IMG/VR virus record: IMGVR_UViG_3300028048_000040
Span: 128,001-192,000 of that record
DNA: 64,000 bases
Direction: 5' to 3' (one strand)
From: a virus
Lineage: Duplodnaviria; Caudoviricetes
Shown: piece by piece, positions 56,964 to 64,000 of the stretch
How positions within the stretch are numbered: the first letter of the stretch is position 1
Layout: the number at the start of each line of letters is the position of its first letter
The notes under the pieces: model-generated
Told to the model about the DNA's origin: nothing
Seen by the model: only the letters and a program-made list of their open reading frames with translations
Databases searched by the model: none
Program-made: the position numbers and the translations under genes

Positions 56964-57215
56964 ATGGATTATAAAGTATCCATTAAAGGCAATTACGGAC
57001 CTGTAAGAGAAAAGAACTTCCTACAGGTATTTGTAGAGAACAAGAATAAGACTGTTAGAACTGAAAAGTTCGGACTGGAGCCTGGGACATCTGCTTTGGC
57101 AAAACAGATGAACCATAATATCTGGAAAAAGGCAGCCAACTCCATACAAACCTTCAAGAAAGAATTCGATGAAGGCGTATGGGATAATAAGGAATTTTAT
57201 AACCGTGTGGTGTAA
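56964..57215 (+). CDS. Early hypothetical protein, 83 aa
   Basis: Promoter 56933-56947, GGGAG SD, terminator 57235-57263. Confidence 0.7.
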   Translation: MDYKVSIKGNYGPVREKNFLQVFVENKNKTVRTEKFGLEPGTSALAKQMNHNIWKKAANSIQTFKKEFDEGVWDNKEFYNRVV

Positions 57216-57376
57216 ACCACAACGGTTATACTAGAAAGACATCCTTTATGGATGTCTTTTTTTATTTTGATTAGTACTACTCTATTAAGGAGGTGAGGTA
57301 AATGTAAAATGAAAAATCTCTGTGTATCCATATATTGGATACACTAATTTCAGTCTAATTAATAGAAGGGAGAGAA

Positions 57377-58975
57377 ATGTTAATGAGTGATCAGCAACTT
57401 CCAAGCTTTAAGGTTCATCTCAATTATCCTAATAATGAAGAGTATGATTACTTTACTAAACTGGAAAGGATTAACTTGGACAAAGAGTGCGACAAAGATC
57501 TCAGTCTGAATCATGGATTTATTATTCTAGAGAATCAGAATTTGTCTAAGGCTCTAAAAAGTGACACGTCTATCTTCTCTACCAAGTTCGGTAGATCATT
57601 GCAGGACAAAGATCCATATATCAATAGATACTCTTGTAAGTGTGGATATACACAAGGATCTTTTAAATCTGTTCCTGATGATGCTAACTTCAATTGTCCT
57701 ATATGCCATACTCCAGTTAAGTTAGTAGGTGATGACTTTACTTACTTTGGTTGGATTAAATTGAAAGATGAGTATTGTGTTATTCATCCTTTAATGTACA
57801 AATCACTTGAATCTCTTATTGGTGCTGGTAATTTGGCTGCTATTATTGAACCAGAAGTGGAGCTGGATGGTAATGGTAAACCAATGTCTAATTATGATAA
57901 GAGAATCTTTAAGAAACAAAATGCAAGAGCATTTAAGAAGAAAGGAAAGATTGACCAAACATATGCTGGTATAGGAATGCTGGAATTTAGGGATAGATTC
58001 CAAGAAATCATAGACTATTTCTATAGTAAGAAACCTGCTAAGAAAGATGTGTATGATGATATCATGGAAAATAAAGATATTGTCTTTACTCATTCTATTC
58101 CAGTATATACTACTCAGTTACGAATAGCAAAAGTAGAGAATAAGAGATTTACATTTGAATCTACTAATGCGGATTTCAACTTATTAGCTAAACTTGCTGC
58201 TCAAGTTAATAAGGACAATCTTTATATCTATCGTAATAGAAAGTATCAGAATCAGTTACTCTGGGATATGCAGTCTAAGATATCTCATCTTACTACAGAG
58301 ATAATTAATATCTTAGCAGGTAAGAAAGGTATTATCAGATCTACAATATCTGGTAGAATTGCATTCACCTCTAGAACTGTTATTACTCCTGGTGCTAAAT
58401 TGCATATGGACGAAATAGAAATGCCATATTTTGCTCTTTGCATCTTGCTTGAACAGGTTATAATCAATGTTCTTCAAAAGAGTTACAATATAACCTATGC
58501 TAAAGCATACAAAATTTGGTATTATGCTCATATGCAGGAAGATCCTAGAGTAAGAGCTATAATAGAGAATCTTATAGCAGCAGGAAAAGTTTCTGGGTTG
58601 CTGAATAGAAATCCAACTATAGCATATGAGTCCATAATATATGTGAGAGTAGTAAAATGTATTGATGGATTTGCCTTAAAATTATCAGATTTTATAATTT
58701 CTGGCTGCGGTGGCGATTTCGATGGAGACACTCTTAACTTCCTTATGATATATAATGAAAATTTCCGTAAAGAATGTGAAAGAATATATTCTCCTAGAAA
58801 TGCTTTCTGTATATCTAGAGATGATGGTATGCTAAACCATAACGTCAATATATTTAAAGACACAATGATCAATATAAATACTATGGTAGATCTCTGTAGA
58901 GAAAACTATAGTGAAGATCAATTAGCTAAAATCAAAGCGTTAAAAGAAAAGTATAGAGGTAAAATGGTATGTTAA
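57377..58975 (+). CDS. RNA polymerase beta'-like subunit, N-terminal catalytic part; probably non-virion RNAP
   Basis: SIFSTKFG, YSCKCG..CPIC Zn site, GKKGIIR..GR..SRTVITP, LNRNPTI, GGDFDGD catalytic motif. Confidence 0.92.
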   Translation: MLMSDQQLPSFKVHLNYPNNEEYDYFTKLERINLDKECDKDLSLNHGFIILENQNLSKALKSDTSIFSTKFGRSLQDKDPYINRYSCKCGYTQGSFKSVPDDANFNCPICHTPVKLVGDDFTYFGWIKLKDEYCVIHPLMYKSLESLIGAGNLAAIIEPEVELDGNGKPMSNYDKRIFKKQNARAFKKKGKIDQTYAGIGMLEFRDRFQEIIDYFYSKKPAKKDVYDDIMENKDIVFTHSIPVYTTQLRIAKVENKRFTFESTNADFNLLAKLAAQVNKDNLYIYRNRKYQNQLLWDMQSKISHLTTEIINILAGKKGIIRSTISGRIAFTSRTVITPGAKLHMDEIEMPYFALCILLEQVIINVLQKSYNITYAKAYKIWYYAHMQEDPRVRAIIENLIAAGKVSGLLNRNPTIAYESIIYVRVVKCIDGFALKLSDFIISGCGGDFDGDTLNFLMIYNENFRKECERIYSPRNAFCISRDDGMLNHNVNIFKDTMININTMVDLCRENYSEDQLAKIKALKEKYRGKMVC

Positions 58976-59211
58976 ATGAATCAATAAAGAAACAGATACG
59001 GTGGAAAAACTTAATTCATGGCGGAAAAGTACCTGATGATATAGTATGGGTGTATCTTGACCATTTAGAGGACCGTCATTTGCAGTATCTGTTATATGAT
59101 AATTACATGTATCATCTAGATGATGGTCGTCGGTATATGTATTATTTCAGCGAATCAAAAGATATGGGTTTTGTAGTCAAAGTAAATAAAAAAGAGGGCA
59201 ACAATCAATGA
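58969..59211 (+). CDS. Hypothetical protein, 80 aa
   Basis: ORF overlapping the upstream stop; GAGGT SD. Confidence 0.6.
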   Translation: MLNESIKKQIRWKNLIHGGKVPDDIVWVYLDHLEDRHLQYLLYDNYMYHLDDGRRYMYYFSESKDMGFVVKVNKKEGNNQ

Positions 59212-59570
59212 GTGAAATGAATTTTGGGAATGCTAGTAAGTATATTATGGGTAATTGTATAGATACCTTTGAGGAAACTGTACTCTTTGAACTGGGTGTA
59301 GAATACACTAAGAAAGAGTATACTGAAGTTGATGAAAATGCTAAGATGGTCATAATAGACTTTAAGACTGATCATTCTACATTATACTTTAGTGGTAAAA
59401 TTAAAGAGGCTACTCTTGATCAAATGAAAGAATTTATTCAAGCTTACTTCAACGACTGTAGAAAAATACAGAATGTGCTAACTGAGGATAGTTCTGCGCA
59501 TTTTGAAGTACAAAGTAAAGATAAGAGTATGTATATCTCTTATTCTTCAAATAGTCTTGATTTAGATTAA
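59208..59570 (+). CDS. Hypothetical protein, paralogue family B
   Basis: ORF; similar by eye to 59620 and 60451. Confidence 0.65.
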   Translation: MSEMNFGNASKYIMGNCIDTFEETVLFELGVEYTKKEYTEVDENAKMVIIDFKTDHSTLYFSGKIKEATLDQMKEFIQAYFNDCRKIQNVLTEDSSAHFEVQSKDKSMYISYSSNSLDLD

Positions 59571-59619
59571 ATCACAGTTAATTCTATCTCCTAGGGATAT
59601 CCCTAGGAGATATTTTATA

Positions 59620-60021
59620 ATGGAGGAAAGTAAAATGATTACTAAAGTAAGAAACTCTCTTAAACTTAACATTGTTTTCATTGATGAAATCAATGATAAA
59701 AATCCTTGGTTAATCAAAGGTACAATTAAAAAAGCTATCGGCGATTTCTATATATTAGGATCTGAAAAGGTTAAAGAGGATAAACCATCTAGAAAAGTAG
59801 ATCCTTTTAAAATAGAATTTATCATGAAAAAAGCTATACTTACATTAAACTTATATGATACTCCAATGGAGTATGACAGTATAATGGAAATGGCTGATAA
59901 ATTCTTAGATGATATAGCTGAGCATTATAAAAGTAAAACAAAAGGTGGAATTATATGTAAAGATTATACTGGTAAACTTGTAGCAGAATATGTTACATTT
60001 AGTGTTTATCATGCCCATTAA
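59620..60021 (+). CDS. Hypothetical protein, paralogue family B
   Basis: ORF; GGAGG suggests start at ATG 59635. Confidence 0.65.
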   Translation: MEESKMITKVRNSLKLNIVFIDEINDKNPWLIKGTIKKAIGDFYILGSEKVKEDKPSRKVDPFKIEFIMKKAILTLNLYDTPMEYDSIMEMADKFLDDIAEHYKSKTKGGIICKDYTGKLVAEYVTFSVYHAH

Positions 60022-60043
60022 TCAATATTAGGAGGAATTTAAA

Positions 60044-60448
60044 ATGGAAATCAAAACTGCAAAGGAAATTAGAAAAGCTATGAAAGATAAATTTGAAAAT
60101 AATGATCAGCTTGCTTTTGAAACTATTTGTGATAGTATAATGAAAAAGATAGAGGTGTCGGCATTAACAAATGCTCGCTTCTTTACTGTATATGATTTTG
60201 AAAAACAATTAGACTATCTTGAACTCTCGTCATCAATTAAAGAAACAGATGAAAAAGTGATTGGATATTTAAAATTTATAATCAATTCCTATAAAAGTAA
60301 ATCAGATAAAGAGTTATATAATGCTTTTGAATCTCAAATAGTAAATCTTCTTATAGTAAAAGGATATACTGTTGAGAAAGAAGAAGGACTTTTAAATAGA
60401 TTCAAAATTACTATTAGATGGGATAAAGAAGTAGATGAGGGAAATTAA
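60044..60448 (+). CDS. Hypothetical protein, paralogue family A
   Basis: AGGAGG SD; ends KGYTV...ITIRW. Confidence 0.7.
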   Translation: MEIKTAKEIRKAMKDKFENNDQLAFETICDSIMKKIEVSALTNARFFTVYDFEKQLDYLELSSSIKETDEKVIGYLKFIINSYKSKSDKELYNAFESQIVNLLIVKGYTVEKEEGLLNRFKITIRWDKEVDEGN

Positions 60449-60450
60449 TA

Positions 60451-60786
60451 ATGGCTGCTTATCAAATACTTTTAAGAAACGTAGATTTTATCATTAATGA
60501 GAATGGTATTGTTGATAAGAGATTGCTTAAGAAAGCATTTGATAATAGAATAGTGTTTGATAATAAACGTCAATCATCAACCAATACTATTCAAATTCAA
60601 GCAAAGCAATCTGAGATAATGATTACTTATAACAAAGATATCTTATACAATGATCTCATCTCATTCTATAATGGGTTTATATCTAACTGTGTTAGATTAG
60701 CTCATGAACTTGATACTCCATTTATAACTGTAGATGTATTCTCAGTTGATGGTAAGTTATCTGCCTTTTATAGATCACATAGATGA
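60451..60786 (+). CDS. Hypothetical protein, paralogue family B
   Basis: ORF with GAGGG SD. Confidence 0.65.
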   Translation: MAAYQILLRNVDFIINENGIVDKRLLKKAFDNRIVFDNKRQSSTNTIQIQAKQSEIMITYNKDILYNDLISFYNGFISNCVRLAHELDTPFITVDVFSVDGKLSAFYRSHR

Positions 60787-60801
60787 TATGGAGGAATAAA
60801 A

Positions 60802-61176
60802 ATGATTGACAAGAAAACTGCTAAAACATGGTCTGATATGGCTAAAGAACAATTGGAAAAGAATTGGAAGATTAATGTTATTACCAAAGCAAAAGTAAAA
60901 ACTCCAATAGATTTATTGGATGCTGTTACTAAATATATTGATAAGAAGATTGTTGGTTATGCCAAAGTTACTGGTAATACATCCGTTTCTATTAATCTAG
61001 ATAAGATTAGAAAGAGTATTACTGCTAATGAAAATGCACTTACAGTATTAGGAAAGAATAATCTTACTATAGATTCTTATGTAAATAAAACTATAGTAGA
61101 AATGCTTAGAGATAATGATTTTAACGTCACTGAGCTCATGTCTGAAGATAAGCTTATTGTTGATTGGACTAAGTAA
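60802..61176 (+). CDS. Hypothetical protein, paralogue family A
   Basis: GGAGG SD; ends NDFNV...LIVDW. Confidence 0.7.
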   Translation: MIDKKTAKTWSDMAKEQLEKNWKINVITKAKVKTPIDLLDAVTKYIDKKIVGYAKVTGNTSVSINLDKIRKSITANENALTVLGKNNLTIDSYVNKTIVEMLRDNDFNVTELMSEDKLIVDWTK

Positions 61177-61264
61177 ACTTTGATATAAGTATATACTATT
61201 TAAGTGTAGGTGTCTTATGACACCTACACTAATTTGTTTTATGAGATAGAAAGGAAGAGATAAA

Positions 61265-61681
61265 ATGCAAAATTCACCAGTAGATGATTACAGTGCACAA
61301 GATTTCAAAGATTTATCAGAAAGATGTATAAGCGAAGAAAAGAAGGATAAGATAACTAACCAATGTATATTGTCTAAGCTCATAAGTGATATACGATTTG
61401 AAGTCGCTATCAATAGTTTTGATGGTTTTACTAGCTGTAATGTATGTGTTAGTCACAATATACTACCAGCACCAAAAGAAGTATTGGAAGAAGTGATGGG
61501 TTATATTAAGAATTACTTCGAGGTTCTGGACTTTGATGTTACTATTAAAGATAATATAATATCTCTTGATTGGTCCAATGCAAATGAAGAAGATATGGAT
61601 AATGTAAGATATCAGAATATGCATAAACAAGGTAAAAAACAGCATGCTCCGAGAAAACATAATTTGAAGGTGATAAAATGA
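61265..61681 (+). CDS. Hypothetical protein, paralogue family A
   Basis: Early promoter 61173-61206 and leader hairpin; LDFDV..ISLDW. Confidence 0.7.
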   Translation: MQNSPVDDYSAQDFKDLSERCISEEKKDKITNQCILSKLISDIRFEVAINSFDGFTSCNVCVSHNILPAPKEVLEEVMGYIKNYFEVLDFDVTIKDNIISLDWSNANEEDMDNVRYQNMHKQGKKQHAPRKHNLKVIK

Positions 61682-61875
61682 GAAGAAAAAAGAAAAATAC
61701 CAATATAGATTATTCTTCTATAGCTAGAAAATCAAATCCTGCATTCTGGAATTACTCAATTGGTGATTCTAAATCACAATATACTGAAAAGTGCTATAAC
61801 GGTAGTCCATTGATTGAAAACAAATGCCATATCAATTTTAAAGATATCAAAAGAAAGAATATGATGGTAGTATGA
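61678..61875 (+). CDS. Basic hypothetical protein, 65 aa
   Basis: ATGA-coupled on both sides. Confidence 0.55.
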   Translation: MRRKKKNTNIDYSSIARKSNPAFWNYSIGDSKSQYTEKCYNGSPLIENKCHINFKDIKRKNMMVV

Positions 61876-62429
61876 AAAGTTCAGAATATATGAGAAAATT
61901 GGCTGACAATAGTGGTATTAAAGTAGATATAAATCTACTAACAAAAATACTATTTAGGGAAGCTGAAAAGAAAATAAAAGAAGCTGCAAAAAGAGGTGAT
62001 TATGAAATTTTATTGAACTTTAGAGGAATATTCTTAAAAGCAGAAGTTCCTAAGTATGCAACTAAAAAGAAATCTTATGTTCCTCTAATAGATCAATATG
62101 ATAAGTTGATAAAAAATCGTGTTAAACTTGGTAGATGGGTAAATGCATTAATAAGAGAATTCAACAGAGGTGGATATATAGTTGAGACTCTTTTATATGG
62201 TGAAGGCCCAGTTCCTTTTAGTAGAGATGATGAAAGTCCTGTTGACTTTGTTATTCCTGCTAGAACAAGCTTTTCTGGTCTTAGAATTAGATGGGACTTA
62301 CTTCTCAATCCTTCTTCAGACTTGAGTCGTAAATCAGATCAAGAGTTAGAAGAGATGATGAAAAATCCTATGCTAACCTCAAACCCATTTATTAAATCTT
62401 CACGTCCATTTGATGGGCCATCCTTTTAG
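61872..62429 (+). CDS. Hypothetical protein, paralogue family A
   Basis: KIKEAAKRG..GGYIV...LRIRW. Confidence 0.7.
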   Translation: MKSSEYMRKLADNSGIKVDINLLTKILFREAEKKIKEAAKRGDYEILLNFRGIFLKAEVPKYATKKKSYVPLIDQYDKLIKNRVKLGRWVNALIREFNRGGYIVETLLYGEGPVPFSRDDESPVDFVIPARTSFSGLRIRWDLLLNPSSDLSRKSDQELEEMMKNPMLTSNPFIKSSRPFDGPSF

Positions 62430-62498
62430 ATTCTAAATCATAAACTACTATATTATAAGGTTTATAAACGCTATATATATTCTAAGGAGGATTTAACA

Positions 62499-62798
62499 AT
62501 GAACAAGAAAGAATTATCTAAGAAGGTTGCTGAGAAAGCCAATGTTACTGCTGCAGTTGCAGGGGAATGCGTTACTGCTACTTTTGATGTTATCAAAGAA
62601 ACAGTAGTAACTGGTGAGAAGGTAGATATTGCTGGTTTTGGTTCTTATGAAGCTAAAACTCGTGAAGCTCGTGTTGGTCGTAATCCATTGACTGGTGAAC
62701 AAATTCAGATTCCGGCATCTGTAGTTCCTTCCTTTAAAGCTTCTAAAACTTTCAAAGATTATTTGAAAGAAAATGGTAAAAATCTGTTAAAGAAATAA
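62499..62798 (+). CDS. hup: HU-family DNA-binding protein
   Basis: MNKKEL, GEKVDIAGFGSY, ARVGRNPLTGE, PSFKASK. Confidence 0.95.
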   Translation: MNKKELSKKVAEKANVTAAVAGECVTATFDVIKETVVTGEKVDIAGFGSYEAKTREARVGRNPLTGEQIQIPASVVPSFKASKTFKDYLKENGKNLLKK

Positions 62799-62807
62799 AT
62801 ATTGCAG

Positions 62808-62839
62808 ATCTAGAGAGGATTACTCCTCTCTAGATTTTT
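62808..62839 (+). terminator. Intrinsic terminator
   Basis: atctagagagga-ttac-tcctctctagat followed by a T run. Confidence 0.8.
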
Positions 62840-62858
62840 AAGTTAAAATAAGTTGGTG

Positions 62859-62963
62859 ATGATGAAAGACAAAAATTGTAGCAGTGGAGATAATAAGCTC
62901 TTCAAAATGATGATGATGATAAATCTTATGAATCAGAATAAGACAGAGACTAAAGATGAATAA
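62859..62963 (+). CDS. 34-aa Met-rich peptide MMKDKNCSSGDNKLFKMMMMINLMNQNKTETKDE
   Basis: Translated by hand; overlaps the next start; shares a C-terminal motif with the next ORF. Confidence 0.5.
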   Translation: MMKDKNCSSGDNKLFKMMMMINLMNQNKTETKDE

Positions 62964-63174
62964 TGTTGATTATAATTCGAGTATTGATTCAACAAGATAT
63001 AGTCTTATGAGATCAGCTATTGGTTTTGATCAACTTGAAGGAAAACTTACATATCCAAATCTCCCTGAAGATGATGTATATAATCCAAGAATATATCCAA
63101 ATAAGAAAAAATCAAACAATAAGAAACTAAAGTTACTAATGCTTGCAATGATGATGAACAATCAAAACAAATAA
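62956..63174 (+). CDS. 72-aa protein with Met-rich C-terminus
   Basis: ORF; terminator 63178-63211. Confidence 0.6.
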   Translation: MNNVDYNSSIDSTRYSLMRSAIGFDQLEGKLTYPNLPEDDVYNPRIYPNKKKSNNKKLKLLMLAMMMNNQNK

Positions 63175-63250
63175 TCAATAGTCTAGGGATATTTCCCTAG
63201 ACTATTTTTTTATTTAAAGATATACTATATATTAGAAGGAGGAATGTAGA

Positions 63251-63538
63251 ATGTATGTAAGACCTTATGAAGCTCTAGAGAAACTTGGAAATGAATTGAT
63301 TTACATTGATGAATTGTCTGGAGAAAAAAGAACAGGAATTGTTGTGGGAAAGGAGAGAATAGGTGAGAGAGCTGTAATGGTATTAGTGGCTTCGCCATAT
63401 GATGATGAGAATAATAAAACGGAAGGGATGATTAGATATCGAGATATCATCATGTTTGATGATGTTCCTAATGATATTAATGGCTGGGGTAGAGATCCAG
63501 TATTAAAAGAGTATGGGAAATATATAGGAGTCGAATAA
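63251..63538 (+). CDS. Hypothetical protein, 95 aa
   Basis: TATACTAT at 63221; GAAGGAGG SD. Confidence 0.7.
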   Translation: MYVRPYEALEKLGNELIYIDELSGEKRTGIVVGKERIGERAVMVLVASPYDDENNKTEGMIRYRDIIMFDDVPNDINGWGRDPVLKEYGKYIGVE

Positions 63539-63539
63539 A

Positions 63540-64000
63540 ATGAATACTAAAAAAGAAGAGAAACAACGTTGGTATATGGTAAAAGAATCAATCTATTTAA
63601 AGAATGCTGAATACTACACTAATTGGAGATTATCATCCCTTATTAGATACCCACCAACTATTAATCTGGATGGAGCTATTGATACTTTTAAAGAGCTCTT
63701 AATGAAATATCTTATTACTTATATTCCTGATGGAAATATAAACCATAAAGAGATATCTGAACTGAGGATTATTTTAATCTACAATGAAACAGATTATTAT
63801 GGTACGCCAATTGCAAAATTCATTATCAAAGATTATAGGAACAATGGCGTTTTTAAAGTCAACTTAGATATTTTGCAATCTAAAACTAATAATCCTAATA
63901 GATTAAAAACTGGTGCTGTTGGATCTACTTTGCTCAGATCAAAATATGACTACTTTTCTGATCAGATAGAGGAGTTCTTAAATACTAAAATGGTATCTGA
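63540..64000 (+). CDS. Hypothetical protein, 3'-truncated by window (MNTKKEEKQRWY...)
   Basis: AGGAG SD; frame open to the window end. Confidence 0.65.
   Translation, partial: MNTKKEEKQRWYMVKESIYLKNAEYYTNWRLSSLIRYPPTINLDGAIDTFKELLMKYLITYIPDGNINHKEISELRIILIYNETDYYGTPIAKFIIKDYRNNGVFKVNLDILQSKTNNPNRLKTGAVGSTLLRSKYDYFSDQIEEFLNTKMVS

Noticed and set aside
938-62702. Many 60-230 aa ORFs antisense to, or out of frame within, long genes (e.g. 7017..7673, 37758..38438, 42779..43291)
   Set aside because: Shadow ORFs from codon bias; they show no SD or promoter support and have I/F/S/L-rich composition
1-64000. Stop-codon reassignment, tRNA or rRNA genes, IS elements, or a bacterial chromosomal origin for the rpo/hup/thyX genes
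   Set aside because: Long ORFs are intact in the standard code; no cloverleaf or transposase motifs were seen by eye; RNAP genes are split, divergent and mixed with virion genes

Overview
Very AT-rich, densely coding 64-kb segment of a jumbo myophage related to the AR9/PBS1/phiKZ group. Strong AGGAGG Shine-Dalgarno (SD) sites, an HU gene and multiple peptidoglycan hydrolases point to a Bacillota host (inference). It encodes three pieces of split multisubunit RNA polymerases (beta, beta' N-half with DFDGD, beta' C-half), ThyX, RusA, RNase H, a kinase-like protein, a PolB-palm-like protein, a nucleotidyltransferase, HU, baseplate/tube/head proteins and a ~4,490-aa tape-measure-like protein with five C-terminal hydrolase/peptidase domains. 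Two phage promoter classes are readable directly: early-type TATAYTAT-N4-RTG (often with GTAAAC 13 nt upstream) and late/middle-type ACW-N6-TAR. The most interesting signals are non-coding. (1) At least six stand-alone units of promoter, 5' hairpin, anti-SD seed and terminator look like a phage-encoded family of translation-blocking sRNAs. (2) There are two larger structured RNAs, one with a pseudoknot/hairpin switch. (3) Four same-geometry 22-bp palindromes sit beside a triple-HTH gene. (4) A start-stop uORF precedes the catalytic RNAP subunit. No tRNA, rRNA, CRISPR array or IS element was seen. All protein calls come from motifs recognised by eye; no search was run.
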